DNA of 64,000 nt from contig NC_085842.1 in the NCBI RefSeq assembly GCF_035594765.1, positions 277,249,749 through 277,313,748 of the forward strand. The letters run 5' to 3'. The stretch comes from Anolis carolinensis. Lineage: Eukaryota. Positions within the stretch are counted from its first letter, which is position 1, and every line of letters begins with the position of its first letter. Shown one piece after another: positions 37,190 to 51,545 of the stretch. A program made the position numbers and the translations under genes. Under the pieces are notes generated by a model. The model searched no databases and had not been told where the DNA came from. It saw only the letters and a list, made by a program, of their open reading frames with translations.

Positions 37190-37535
37190 CAGTAGGTTGA
37201 AGGAATTGGGTATGTTCAGCTTAATGAAGAGAAGACTGAGAGGTAACATGACCATACTCTTTAAATATCACAGGGGTTGCCGCAAAGAGGAGGGTGCAGA
37301 CTTGTTCTCTTCTTCTTCAGAGGGTAGGTCTAGTGGTTTTAAGTTACAGAAGGGTAAATTTTGATTGAATGTTAGAGGAATGTCTTGACAGTGAGAGCTT
37401 TTCAGCAATGGAAACAATTGCCTAGAAAGGTGGTAGAGTGTCCTCTAGACATCTTCAGAAAGCATCTGGACAGCTATCAGTGGTGATGTTCTAGCTGGAG
37501 ATCCTGCATTGAGAAAGGGGACTTCTTCCAACTTC
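37190..37535 (+). mobile_element. degraded CR1 LINE 3' fragment
   Basis: RLKELGMFSLMKRRLRGNM...FKY CR1 ORF2 C-terminal motif. Confidence 0.85.
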
Positions 37536-37780
37536 TGTGAGCTCCCTGCCCCAGATGTAGCTTTCCTTATTAAAGAATTATCATTTCTGTAAATAATAAT
37601 TTTTAGGCAAAATGTGTAGGGGCTATATATATAATTGGTTGACATTATCTTAACCCCTAACCAGAGCCATCTAGATAAAGAATAAGTCTTTCAATTCAGC
37701 CTTAATGAATTGAATGTGATGTGGTTAATGTGGCTACACATGTTCAAGTCACAGTGATTTCTGGCATGTGTTCTTCTATT

Positions 37781-38139
37781 CTCCCCTGGTGTCGCAGCGG
37801 ATTAAACCACTGAGCTGCTGAGCTTGTTGACTGAAAGGTCGGCAGTTCAAATTCAGGGGGTGGTATGAGCTCCTGCTCATTCGGGGTGGTATGAGCTCCT
37901 GCTGTTAGTCCCAGCTTCTGCCAACCTAGCAGTTCGAAAACATGCAAATGAGAGTTGATCAGTAGGTACCCCTCCGGCTGGAAGGTAATGGCACTCTGTG
38001 CAGTCATGCTGGCCACATGACCTTGGAGGTGTCTACGAACAACGCCGGCTCTTTGGCTTAGAAATGGAGATGAGCACCAACCCCTAGAGTCAGACACAAC
38101 TAGACTTAATGTCAGGGGAAAACCTTTACCTTTACCTTA
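37781..38139 (+). mobile_element. Sauria SINE, near full length
   Basis: tRNA-like head, ttctgccaacctagcagttcgaaa core, (accttt)n tail; internal tandem duplication of ggggtggtatgagctcctgct. Confidence 0.92.
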
Positions 38140-40051
38140 TTTGAACAACAATTTTGATTCCATGTTTTCCTAAGCCATAACTCTAGTTAAACATCAACTG
38201 TGTCCATTTATATAAACTATTCCCACCCCAGGAGCCCAAAAAAACTAGCATTTTTAGATGCTCCATGAAGATGCCATTGAAGAAAGGTAACAAACCTGTA
38301 TATTTGTAACACTGGATACAGAATACTCTATTAGATTTTGGTTTGTGGAAGTAACTTTTTAAAAAAAATTAAAATTATTTTCAAATAGAGAAAGCTAATA
38401 TTTATTTAGATATACAATTGGTAATAATTTATGGAACAAAGCAAGCCAATTTTATTTTACAGTTTAATAATTTAATAATAAGGGATGTCTTTATTAGCAA
38501 TTGCTGTCAATTTGATCAGAAATATGAATATTTTCAGTACAAGCAAGGTGCTGTGATAAGCCAATAAGCAGCTATATATTCCATAGCATAGTGCTGTCTG
38601 TTGACTGTATAAATAATTACTCTGGGAATTAGATTTGCTTATTGCAATGTTTAGTGCCTGCGGTAACTTAACAAGTGAGTTTTCACTGACTTCATATCAA
38701 AACCTGATCTTTGTCTCTGGCTCCTTGGATTTCATACACTGGCAATTCTTCCTATATTTCAGTGTGCCCTATCCAAGGAAAATGTGTTGCCTTTTGTACC
38801 ATATTTTACTAAATCAGATCAGACTGGTGCAGTTATGTCAGTGGAAATCTAATATTAGACTCCCTTATCTCTAGATTACACATGGGAAAATGAACTTGCA
38901 TTAGTGATTGATTAATTTGATTTTATAGATAGGTTATTTGTAAAGTAATTGGGCTCAGAGATATAATCTTATTGCTTTTTCCAGAATCCCGCATCACTGG
39001 TATCCTGTCTGAAATAGTTAAATGTTTCCTCTTTTTCACTTTGCCCATTTCCTTAGATAGCAGTGTCCAAACTGTAGAAAAATTAGCAATTGCTTTTCAT
39101 CTCAAGGATAATGATGTTCACAACACATGGACTTCATTTCAGTTAGGATCACTATTGAAAACGAATAAATGGAAGTCACAATAAAAACTCCATTTAATCC
39201 ATTTCCAAATATAGTTAATTCTTTCACTTTAATAATTCCTAAACTAAAACTTGTGATTAATCAGAAGAATAATATGGTGTTTTTTTTAAAAAAAAACAAC
39301 AACAACAACTTTAAAATGCGGACCACTTCATTCATCATTTTTGTGCATTTATTTATTTTATTTAAAGCATTTGTCTGTCAAATCTTGGCCCCAAGGTGAT
39401 GTACCATAGAGTGAAACGGTAAGCAAAATAAGGGCATGGTCAAAGTTACAAACCATTGTTAACACCTCTAGTAATGGTTCACAGCTTGTGGCTGAAGTGA
39501 GAGCATGCATAGTATTTCTTTACAGTGTGGAATGAGACTCTCATCAGCAGTCGTATTAGCAGTAGTGTGCCACATTCCTCATGGTTATGGGGTCAGTAAG
39601 TGGAGGTAAAAGAAGAAGCACAAGTGACTTCTTTTTCCTTTGTAATGTGCAAAGCTGGGTTTCATGGAAGTTCCCAGAAGTGAATGTATTTGGAGTAGCT
39701 TGAAATCCCTACCTTGTGATATCAAGTTCCTTGGTGTGTAATATACCCTTCAGTATAAATAAGTATTATTGTACTGTATTTTTCTCCAGATCAGATTTCA
39801 AGCTGAGATGGAGAAGAACTCCTTGCTCCTTCCCACTCATTCATTCAATAGACTGCTGTAGTCTGCATGTGTTTGTGAATGGGGAATTCTAGCTCTCCTT
39901 GGATCTTGCCTATCTTCTCCTCCTGAAATGTTATCAGAAATTTTAAAAATACTTATTTTCCTCTGGTACCAAAAAGCTGTAGCATAAGATATGCAGAGGG
40001 ATTACAGGTTTAGTTCCACTGGGGAAGGGGAAGAGCAGGCACTCTCTAGTG

Positions 40052-40353
40052 TAGAGATGGGAAGGCCTGTGGAAAAAAACAGAAAAAATGGGGGGGGGGG
40101 GGGGAGAGATAGTTTTTTTTTCATGGTTTTTTTTTCAAATTGGGGAAAAGTGTGTAGAAACAAAAAGTCTCAGACATCTGTCATTAAGGTCTTCATGTTA
40201 TATAGTTTGAATTCCATGTCATAGCTATATTATTTATCTTTGGAAAAGAACATATTCTACACACTTTTCAATTTTTCTGGGAAAAATGGCTTTGGACAAA
40301 AATGGATACAAAACCTGGTATTTTTGCAATTTTTCCAGGCCTTCCCATCTCTA
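40052..40353. mobile_element. hAT-type non-autonomous element
   Basis: 18-bp TIR tagagatgggaaggcctg; 8-bp TSD ctctagtg/gtctagtg with one mismatch. Confidence 0.85.
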
Positions 40354-42277
40354 GTCTAGTGTTGCTCATAACTGTTGATCTCTGTGAAGAGGGGAGCTAG
40401 GCAAGTCTGGGTAGAGTCAGCTAATTATAGTGCCTGAAATGCTGTGAGAGACATACTAAGCATGGGATAGGAGTGAAGGTGGGGAAGAATATAAACCTGG
40501 AGGCTTGTCTAAATCACTCAGATGGGGTTAGTAAGAAATAGTGGAGAGGACAAATTCAAAATAGAGATAGGAATGTGGCAGATAGGAACAGATGAGATAG
40601 GGCTACTTATGAATAGAAAAATGATAAGATCTGTACACAGGATTTGGTTTGATGGGTGCTAAAATATGGAACGAATTCAGGGAGAGTGTTGCTTTGTTTT
40701 AAACTGAGATCTTACATAATACTGTACAGTTGACCCACCATTTTCATGAATTTGATTATGAGAGGGTTGTTTGCTGCCACATCAGCAGCTGCCTTAGTGA
40801 CTGCAAGCCCTGCAAAACTGAGGAAAATCACAAATGCACTATGAAGCTTGTGGATTCCTATTAAAATGGCATAAAGCAGCATCAGAGACAATAGGTATCG
40901 ATGGAAAGGGGAAGAAGTCAATACATCTACTTGTCCATTTTTAGTTCCACTTTGGACCCTAAGAACTAGCAGAGGGTTTTAAGGGTAAAATAAGTGATAG
41001 GAGTCAAAAGGGTGGGAACCATGGGCCAACCTGGATAGAGGATCCATCACAGCCCCATTCCACAAGTCCTGGGAAGTTCATGTTCACAAGTCCTGGCACA
41101 GTGTTTTCTCTATGTGATAGAGATAATTATTTTTTCTTAAAGATATAAGCATAGAGAGAGTCAAATTGCAGCAATACTTCAGTTTCTATTTTACAGTGAC
41201 TTTTTCTGTTTGCCACTCAGCATTGTCAGAGTTCCTCCAGGGAAATCTTAATTCATATTCTGCTGCTTCCTTTGCTGAGTTAACATTGTTTGATTATTTT
41301 TAACACACCTACATAATGTGTCTCCATGGAAAGAAGGATGGATAGATAGATATAAAAATACAGTTGAATGTACTGATTCCTTCAGAAACACTTTCTGCCA
41401 AATAAATATAGAGTGGCAATCATGTAGTTGAAATATCAATGTTCTACATATTTAGAGGAGTTTCTACAGTAGTAGTTCCATTTGTTAATCTTTGCAAGGG
41501 TTTCTCTGTATAAGTGATTTTTCCCTTTTAATCTAGAGACCTCCCCCACAAGTACATATCTTCTGCTTTTGCCCTGTAGAAAGAAATTAGAACTGCAATT
41601 TCATATGCTAAATTACCTGTACTAAAACTATAATTTGCAATATTAAGTCATCACTGTCATAGTTTTAGAATTCTTTCCTCTTAAATCACCAAGCCCTAAT
41701 TACTTTTTTTTTATTAAAATGTTCATAGTGGCAATGAAGCAAGCTGAAAGTGTTAGTAACAATGAAGTATTTATTCCATACTTGCTTACCTATTACAAAT
41801 AAGTTATTCCCTTCAGTTTTTTTGTATTGAAAGCCTCAGACTTCAATTATAAGTGTTTTTTCCTCTTTTGTTCTCCACTTTTTGAGATTGTATTCAAAAA
41901 TAATCATCTGTGATGGAGGGCATTGCTTAGAGATTTTAGTTAGAAGATAATGAAATTAGGGTAGATGTTTAATTAAGAGTGCTGTAGAAAATATTACCAT
42001 ATATAAACTGTTCCCTGTTTCATTTTGTTTAATGTCAATGCTGCATCTTTTAAAAATAATACTAGTTGCTTTAGGAAACAATATTTGTCTAAAATGTCAG
42101 ATAAAATAGGCTAAGGAAGAGGTGGTGGAGGAGGAAGGGAGGGAGATAATTAGCACACAGACCATGTGGCCAAATCCTATAACATATTCCTAACATGTTT
42201 CGTAAATATCAGAGAACAAGTATGGCACAAGACAGTAGCCAATTTCCCAGTAGTAGGACTAATTTTTCTTTGGGTAG

Positions 42278-42444
42278 TTAGGTTGAATACCCTTTATCTG
42301 AAAGTCCAGGATGGCCCAAAATTGTCCACATGAGTGGCTGAGATATATCTCATTGTGTATGTACAATTTTTCCAAAATCCCAAAAAATGAAATTCTGAAC
42401 ATATCTGGTCCCAAGCATTTTGGATAAGGGATACTCAACCTGTG
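42278..42444. mobile_element. Tc1/mariner-type MITE (related fragment about 2995-3105)
   Basis: aggttgaatacc...ttatc / gataagggatactcaacct imperfect TIR. Confidence 0.65.
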
Positions 42445-44144
42445 CTAAGTCTTCTAGATCTGTTTAGATGGGTCTCCCTGAGTACACAGGTGCCACATCT
42501 TTCTATCTGTTTGATGCCAGGTTCTTGACCATTATAGAAATGCTAGTTGTGGACACCAGATATTTATAAGACCATTCTTGCATCTGATGTAATAAAACAC
42601 CTAGTGTTCATACTCTCCAATGTTGAATAGAATTGACCTGTCTAAATACATTAGGGTTGGATCTGCTTCCTACTGAGATCTCTTCCCTATCACATCTAAT
42701 CTCCAGATGGAAGCAGTTCTGCAATGGCTGAAGGTCCAGCCCGTTGCCTTTCCTACACTGGACATAACTAAAACACACACAACGGTAGGTAAAGCAGCTA
42801 TTATATATGACTAGAAAATTAGTACCTGATCCATGAAAGAATTGTGGTCCACATGTTTGCCACTGATCCATTTTAATTGTCATTCTCTTTGTTATAAGTG
42901 TGTTTTCTCTTTTAAAAAACCCTTTGAAACATACCTTGCATATTTCGTCTTTTCCACACATACTTCTTTCACCTCTTCTTGCATTAAGCTTACTGCTTTC
43001 ACATTTTTTGTCTGCTTCCTTATCCCAGGGAGGATGAATCCCAGCATTTTTTAGTCTGGCAACACAAGTGGAAAAGAAAGGACACTTTCCTGTTTCTCTT
43101 TCATTCCAGGAAAAAAAATATTGTAACAAAGAATGCAGTTCCTTTTCCCTGTAGTATGAAGAGATTTCAGACAAAACACTTAACCTGCATCCAATCAGGA
43201 TTTGCTGCCTTCGGTTGCCAAGGGAACTTCCTTATATTCCCATCATTTTAGCATAGCACAATGAAGGCATTTTACAGTTATTTGCAATGACTTAGTGGGA
43301 AAGCTTTGCACGTTAGTGACTTTTTACAGTAAGTTCTCTAGTGTTTTTGATGAGCCTTTCTAGGGAGTCTCCATTATTCGTTCGAAAATGTAAGAGTAAA
43401 GTAAAATCAACATTGCATAGGAATAATGGTGAAGTATATACTCAGCAAATGCATAGGAATTATTATCCATTGTCTAGAACATACAACAAATCCAGTATTC
43501 ATTCACAGTGCATCTGGTAAAGGTTTTATGTTTGTAAATCCACCGTGAAACATTTTGATGTTGTAATGAACTCAGTGAATCTTCTATTTGGGATGGGTAC
43601 AACCAAAAAGGAAAAGTAAAGAATTTGAATTTAAGATGAGCACATGTAGAATCAGACTGGGAATCAGTAGTATCTGAATTATACAGGTGATCTTGAAGAA
43701 AAATCTGGATGGAAAGATTTCCATGGCACAGTTAGTATGTATGTACAGTAACGCCTCCACTCTCTTTGGGGTTAGGGGCACAAGGCACCAATGAAAATGT
43801 AAAAATGCAAGTTAGGAATTGTTCGTTTTTTATTTGAGAGAATATTTAACTGGGAATTTCTGGTTCTTCCAATATTACTGTATGGTCAATTTCTGCTTGA
43901 AGCTGACCATAGAATTGCATTAGCAAACCTAGGGGTGTCTAGAGAGGTCTTCCCTTCAGAAATTTCTGGGTCCTCCAGCATGACTAGAGTAGGTTGATAT
44001 TGGAGTCAAACTGGAGAACCTAGATATTCCTAAAGAGAGCATTTTAAATCAAATCTGTAAAAGTTAAAACCACCAATGTGGTGGAATAACTTTATTGTGA
44101 TTGTCTTCTTTAACATTACTTGGTAAGTTTGAAAGAATCATATA

Positions 44145-44725
44145 CTGCATATGCTCGAGTATAAGCCTAGTTTTTCAGCCCTTTTTTAGGACTGAAAAAA
44201 AAACTTCCTCGGTTTATACTCGGGTGAGGGTCCTGGTGGGCTTATATTCAGGTCGGCTTATACTCAAGTATATATGGTATATTTATTATATTTCTCTATT
44301 ATTATTGGTATTGTTACATTTATTATTTTACTCTATTAATTATTATTATTACATTTATTATTTTATTCTCTTATTGTTGTTACTTTTACATTAATTTTAC
44401 TCTATTTTTATTATTATTAATACATTTATTATTTTGTTCTATTTATTATTACATTTATTATTTCACTCTATGATTATTAAAAGGATACATAAGCACATTT
44501 ACATTGAAGAAGATGAAAATAATGATTTAATCAGAGTTGAGCAGCCATATCTTAAATTACAGTTTGATGTAAAGATTCAAAAACATTTAAACTACTGATG
44601 TCTCAATTAATGTAATTTTATTGGTATCTTGGCTTATACTGGAGTCAGTGTTTTCCCAGTTTTTTTGTGGTAAAATTAGGTGCCTCGGCTTATATTCAGG
44701 TCGGCTTATACTTGAGTATATATGG
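44145..44725. mobile_element. Tc1/mariner-superfamily non-autonomous element
   Basis: TIR ctcgagtataagcc / ggcttatacttgag, TA on both flanks, internal ggcttata repeats and AT-rich low-complexity core. Confidence 0.85.
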
Positions 44726-44783
44726 TAATTTCAAACCTATCCTTGTTAATAGTGGTCGTTTTGTTCTGGTTCATAGTGACAGA

Positions 44784-44931
44784 GGGCCCTTCCACACAGC
44801 CATATAACCCAGAATATCAAGGCAGAATAACCCACAACATCTGCTTTAAACTGGGTTATCTGAGTCCACACTGCCATATATCCCAGTTCAAAGCAGATAA
44901 AGTGGGATTTTATTCAGCTGAGAAAGGGGCC
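44784..44931. mobile_element. palindromic MITE, same family as 8255-8466
   Basis: gggcccttccacacagccatataacccagaatatcaag start with internal inverted symmetry. Confidence 0.75.
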
Positions 44932-46360
44932 AGAGAAAGCAGCTTCTGTTATGTGAGTGATCCCCTCTGAAAAGCACATGTTCACATGTATACAATCTGC
45001 ATTAATGCTTTCATTTTTCCTTTTTCTTGATGCTTGTATTCTAAAGTTTGAAGACACATATCACTGCACTATGCCACTGTGGTAGATATGCATGATGTAG
45101 CTAGTCCAAAATGTCATAGGTAAAGGGAGAGAAGAGCATACAATAAATAACATTTCTGCTTGTATGAATAAACATACCATGTGCACAAGTAACATTTAAG
45201 GGCTTTGCTTATAAACAATTAGTTTCATCTGGTTATGCTAAAATTATTTGCCTCTGATGGTTACTTTCCAGTGGCCAATTCTTACATTTGTTTTCATCTT
45301 TCATTAACTGTAGAAAAGCTATTCTGTCTGCTAGTGTTCAGGGAAGAGTAAGTTATTGTGAACCAGTCCTAAATATCTAAACTCTTTTATATAAAGTTTG
45401 TAAGCACATAGTCTTTGGGAAATATGCAAGTATCACAGGGATGTGTGCTAATAAATTACAGTAAAAGATTTTGCTACAGAAGATTACATCTATCTTTTGG
45501 GAAAAAAATGCTTCTTTTTGAGGGATGTGGAGGAAAAGTGCAGGAGGTTGAATGTGTTCTGTCTCCCATTCCAGTTCAGAGATTCATAAAAATTTCACAA
45601 CTCCCCTCCCTGTTTATTTAGCATTGCTGTGCCCTAGATCTGACAATGTATACCTCCAGTAGTTATAATGAAATCCATGGAAAAGAGGCACAAAGAATAG
45701 AGGGGGGAAAGACATCAAATGATGGCAGCTTTTATTCCCTGCTGTTGAACTGAAAATGGGTAGCTAGTTTGTAACCAAGGCTGAAAAAGCATTTAAACTT
45801 TATTTACTAGACAATAAATAATACAAAACCTAGCTGACAAATGTTGAAGATGAGTGCTGTCATCGAATTCTTATATTGTAGCTGTTGATGTTTGCTTTGT
45901 GAGATACCCAGGAATAAGCCATAAGTACTTTCAGGAGGGAAATATTTTTACAGAAACCCAAGCAGTCGAATGATTGCTGGGGAGTGGGTGGGTGGGCATT
46001 TGTGTCTGAAATGGCTTGCATTTTTCAAACTGTTTCTATTGAAGATTCAAATCTGTCCTGTGTACACATGTGTGTATGTATGCCTTCAAATCGCCTGTTG
46101 ACTTACAACAACAACTTGGTAGAGTTTTCTTAGGCAAGGATTATTCAGGAATGCCATTGAAATGTGGTACCTCTCCTTAAATTCAGACTTTGCAGATCTC
46201 TGTACTGATCTTGGGGCTGATCTACTTTTCAAAGTTTGCTATTCCAGAAGATTTTCATTGAGATTTCAATACTAAAGACACAGAGTTTACTCTGGAATCA
46301 GAGTTTTATTAAATTTCAGTGTGGTGTAGTAGTTTTTAAGCGTTGGATTAAGACCCAGAG

Positions 46361-46690
46361 GGACCCCCCCGCCCGTTGGCGCAGCAGGTTAAACCGCTGA
46401 GCTGCTGAAATTGCTGACCAAAAAGTTGGTGGTTCAGATCTGGGGAGCAGGGTGAACTCTGCCTGTTGGCCCCAGCTTCTGCCAACCTAGCAGTTCGAAA
46501 ACATGTGTAGATCAATAGGTACCGCTCCAGCGGGAAGGTAACAGTGCTCCATGCAGTCATGCTTGCCACATGACCTTGGGGGTATTTACAGACAACACCG
46601 ACTCTTAGGCTTAGAAATGGAGATGAGTATCAACCTCAGAGTCGGACATGACTAAACTTAATGTCAGGGGAAAACCTTTACCTACCTTAC
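46361..46690 (+). mobile_element. Sauria SINE nested in an older tRNA-derived SINE (46318-46850)
   Basis: same sequence as 37781-38139; TSD ttaagacccagag/ttaggacccagag; host SINE continues after the insert. Confidence 0.92.
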
Positions 46691-48722
46691 TTAGGACCCA
46701 GAGATCAGGGTTCAAATCACCACTCAGACATGGAATCCACTGGATTACCTTGGGCTAGTCACACTCTGTCAACCTCATAGAAAGACAGAGGCAAAATACC
46801 TCTGAACAAATCTTGCCAAGGCAATCCTATGATAAAGTCACCTTAAGTTAAAAAAAACAATTTCAAGCACCAGTTTTCAAATGTAGAAGGTGAGATATGA
46901 TGTGATGAATGTTTTCATATGTACTCGTTCATGTGCCTTGACATTGAGTAATGATTGCTACACCACATAGTACAAGAACCTTTTATTTTGATATTTGCAA
47001 TCCTCAAATGAATTAGATTTTGCAGTATTTGAATGTCAAATTTTTCTTAATCTCAGACATTGTAATTAAAGTTGGTTAAAATGTCATGTCATGACACATT
47101 TGGGAAGGGAAAACTCAATTTCATTTCCAAATAGTTTACCAAATGAGAATAAACCTAGTCAGTGTTTGCATCCCAAGAGAAATCTAGAGCTTGGGAAATT
47201 TATTTTTCTGTCATCTCCCAGAATCCCCTAGCTTGCTGATGGCATGGGTTTTTGTCTAAAAGAGTAACTTTTGAAGGTCTAGTAAAATTTGCTTTTAATA
47301 GCATAAACTACACATAAGCTAAGGAAATATTTCTTAACATACTTTTTTTAAACAAATGAATCACCGTATAGTACAGAATAAAGTAAAGGCAACAGGAAAG
47401 AAGATCTTCCAGAGCAGAATCAAGGATGTCAGGGTGATCCTAAGATCCCAATATTAAAATAAATGGGAACACATCAGATGCCTAAAAAACCATCATGGTG
47501 TTGTGTTGTGAAATGAAATTGAGGGAAGGAAGCTAGGCTTTACTCACTGACAGCTCTCTCATGCAATGCTTGATAAGATTCTCACCAGTAATTTCTACGC
47601 ACAGTGCTTATGACTCATTGAAGGCGCTTGGCAGTTACCACCTCTGATATATCTTTGTTTGTTTTCTACATTTACCTGTACTAAAAGCAGATCAAGAGCT
47701 GTAGGTTAATTGTTGATTGAAATCTGAGTTGTTGCAGTCTTTACTTAACTTTAATTCCTTGTTCAATTGTCTTTTGTTTGCTTTGTTGTTGTTAATTTTT
47801 TAATTTGTCTGGTTTAAAACTTGTGTTCCTTAGATAGAAAAACGTATTCTCGCTCTCCCTTCCAAGTTGCCTCCACTTGTTATCCTTTTGTCACCCCTCT
47901 ATGTTGTTTAGACTGAATATAGCACACGTATTTACTCAAGTTATCAAAAAATACATTAGCATTATCATATCTGATTTTAGTTAATCTTTAATAGTAAGAC
48001 AGTATCAGGAAAAAAGCAACATAAATTGCCAAGATTAAGCAGCAACAGTGTTACAAAAACTTACAGCTCAAACTGTAAAAAAAACTATCAAAAACGTCTG
48101 GCATTATCTAACTGAAATTTGTCTGATTTAGTCCCCTTTTTAAATTCTACTGGTTCTTCCCATTTTATGTAAATGTGTGAACAATTTAAAAAGTTGTAAT
48201 CATTTGTTTTCTAATCCAAGTCAGTGAGGGAATACTGACAGTCTATGTTTCCAAATCTTGATTTGGGTTTGAACTCTGGATCGTAATGGAATTAAGTCCA
48301 CGAAAAATCGGGTTTAAATCCAGCTTGCTTATTTGGATTCAGAACTGAATTGAGATGCCCAATCATACTTTTCTAGACTACAACTTTCAGGTTTGCTCAT
48401 TGAGGTATCTTGCATGTTCCAGTTCATAAAGATTTTCAGTTTCCAATTTTGTTGCATGATGTGGAGAAAGAAATTGATATTGTCATTGTGTCACATTTTT
48501 GAGCTGCTGAAAGCCTCCGGTTTACATACAGTATAAAACAAGATGCAGGACTAGATGGATGTTTAGGTTGATCTTACAAGAGTCTAATGTATGTAATGTT
48601 ATTATGCTTTTTGTAACATTAAATGTGTATCTAGAAAAGATGGTGAGTTTTCCACATGCACATATTGGAGACCCAATGTCCTCTTTCAATTGCATTCATG
48701 TTGAAGATTTGGATCAATAGGA

Positions 48723-49236
48723 TAAGGTTACCACATACCCTCCTTTTCCAGGACCTGCCCTCTTTTTCAATGCTAAAATTTCTTCCTGAATTTTTTTTCA
48801 AAGGAGGAAGCAAATGGTAAGGTAGCAAAGTTCAGAATAAGAGATGGAAGGGAGACATAACAGGTTATGTCAGGACACAGGAAATCCTCCAAGCAGCCAT
48901 CCTCAGCCCCATTTAAAGTCTGTGAGTGATTCACTGACTTCCAGCTGGGACAGACAGGGCTGCCACTCTGCTTGCCAGGACCATCCACATTGTCTGTCCT
49001 GAGAGGGAGGCTTATCAAGGAGAAAGATGGCGGAGATGAAGTATACTTCCATCATCAGTACTGTTGCAAGAATTTTCTACCTATTGCACTGTCTCAACTG
49101 AGGACCGGTGTCTTCTCTTACAAATGCTCAGAACGTATAGGATATTTAATGTGAAAGTTGTCAAAATGATTGGTAATTTGAAGTAGTCAGTTGGTAAATG
49201 TGTCCCTTTTTTACTTTTCAGAATATGAAAACCCTA
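48723..49236. mobile_element. old hAT-like element
   Basis: taaggttaccacat...atatgaaaacccta degenerate TIR with repeated ggaca/tgtcc subterminal motifs. Confidence 0.5.
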
Positions 49237-50974
49237 TGTTTTGTTCATTGTTTCTGCTAACTTTGGGGTTCTTTTATATATTAAACTACAGATCTACCAC
49301 TTAAAATTCTCACTGAGAATCTTAAGTGGTAATATCTGTAGTTTAATATATAAATACATACTGCAGACAGATAAAACAAGCTAATGGATCATTGGGTATA
49401 TAATTGAAATCCTTACATTTTTGTCTGATTCTTTTGATGGATTTACAGTTTTCCATTTGTCTGAGGATATTGTCTGAGTGGGTAGAGTGAGAGGAAATAA
49501 TTAATGCCTTGCTAAAACAAGCAGAGTTCCATTCTATCTAATAAATGGAAAAGTCACCATATTAGAAAATTATTTCTTCAATATTTCAGTTGTGTATGTT
49601 GTGACCTCAGAGCTCTAGAAGTTTCTGGATAAAATGAATTATCTAGATCCATTTAAAATTGGTTTTAGGCCTGATATGTGGGACAGGGATGGTTTTGATC
49701 ACCTTGGTGAGCAACCTCTAGTCAGAACTGGACATAGAAGTATGCCTCTTTGGGTTCTGTTGGCCTCTCAGTAACTTTTGATATTATTGAATATGGTATC
49801 CTTCTGGGCTGCCTTGATGGGATGGGACTTGCTTTCCAGTGCACTCATTTCTTCCTTGACAAACAAACATGAGTACCAAATCTAGCCATCCTGGCTGGGG
49901 GAATCTGTAACCTGTAGTCCAAAAGCCTAATTTTAACAAACTTGATTGCTTAATAGCTTATGAAGACATCACAAACTTGGCGATATTTGTGTTAAGGCCC
50001 CAATCCAAGGCTGTGTCTACATCAAACAGGTTACTATAATGTATATTTGCCCTGGAGCAGCTCCAGATCGAGAAGCTTGTGCTGAATCGAAAGCCAGTGT
50101 TCAGCTAGCCTGGGACCACATTGGCCTTACCTCATCCTCTGTATGGCAGCTGCCACTCCCTGCTGGCCATGGAGCTTGCTGTCAGCACCTTACCATTTCA
50201 TTTCTGTCTGCTGATATCAGAACAGAGGATCTGAGTGGCCAGGTAGGAGGAAGGGTCAGTTGGATCCAATTTGGATATCAGAAGATGTAACTGTGATAGC
50301 CAGACACTTGCAGTGTCCATTTGAACAGAGGATCAGGCCAAAACAGAATTCTGAATTAGTTTACAAGGAGAGCATTCTCAGAGTTGGCTTAGAGTTTTCT
50401 CAAAATAGCTGCATTAATATGGAATCTGAACAAACTTCAACTGCTGTCTCAAGCCAAAGTTATTCCTTTGTGTTGTATAAGAGTCTTGGTTTACCAATTA
50501 TTTGTGTGTATGTCTGCAGTCATATCATGGTTAATGAACAGAAAGGTAGGGAGGACTTTCACTATAACCATGACAATAACAAGAACACATCAGAAATTAA
50601 GATCTTCTCTATCTGTAGCAGTCAGTCTTCTCCTTTAACTTTCCCAGATCAAGCCATTCATTTTTTTTCCTTCCCTGAAGACACCTGTTTATCTCAGTCT
50701 TTTTGGGGGAATAAAATATACAAATGTTTTATTTTTTTCATGTACTTTCACATGTCAGTCCCAGCATCTGTCATCCAATTGAACTGGTTGTCGTCAGGTT
50801 TCTGAATGGGGGAGTCTCTTCTTATCAGCAAAGGCTCAACATGTAAATTCAAACCCTAATTTTTTCAGGTTTTAGTCACCTGGGGAGCCTCCATAGATGC
50901 GGAAGTCTTTCCCATTCAGAATATTATTTGTTATACATAAAAAAACAATAGAGACTGTTGTTATTTACATGCTA

Positions 50975-51545
50975 ATCATCATCATCATCTTTATTTGTAG
51001 ACTGCTCTATCTCCCTGAAGGGATTCAAGGCAGTTTCCAACACTTATGGCAAACATTCAGTGCCAACAAAAAAACATATGAACAAATTACATCAAAACAA
51101 AATAAGTCAAAAATAAAATAACCATTACTAGAACTTAATACCATATAGAAATTATCCAAAAATATATAAGTAGACCAGCCTAACAAACATAATCACATAT
51201 TATGAATTTAGGCAGGAAAAATTTAAAACAGCTGATACCTTGGTTAAACGTAACATGATTGTACACAGCAAACTGACATGAAATCAGTTGCAGTATTTAG
51301 ACAGGGTTTAATATATCTAGACAATATTATATGTCGACATGTATTAGTCTTCCTCCTCTCCATACGCCAGGGTGCAAAGATGTATTTTTAGTAACTTTTT
51401 AAAGGCGAGGAGAGAGGGGAGCGGTTTTTCTTCTTTTGGGAAGGAGTTCCAGAAGCAGGGAGCGATCACGGAGAAGCCACCCCCCCCCATTCCCACCAGC
51501 CGTGCTTGTGACCCGGGGGTGGGGGGGAGAGAGTAGGGCCTCCTC
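50975..51545 (-). mobile_element. L2 3' fragment
   Basis: FSVIAPCFWNSFP...FKKLLKIHL ORF2 end plus 3' UTR and tail. Confidence 0.8.

Noticed and set aside
42608-43174. 188-aa minus-strand ORF
   Set aside because: No recognisable domain, no splice context and intron-like composition; likely chance
44280-44480. CRISPR-like or satellite array
   Set aside because: Degenerate AT-rich low-complexity interior of a TIR element, with no repeat-spacer pattern
50260-50805. 181-aa plus-strand ORF
   Set aside because: Non-ATG start, no recognisable motif, not needed for the in-frame MCTP1 splice path
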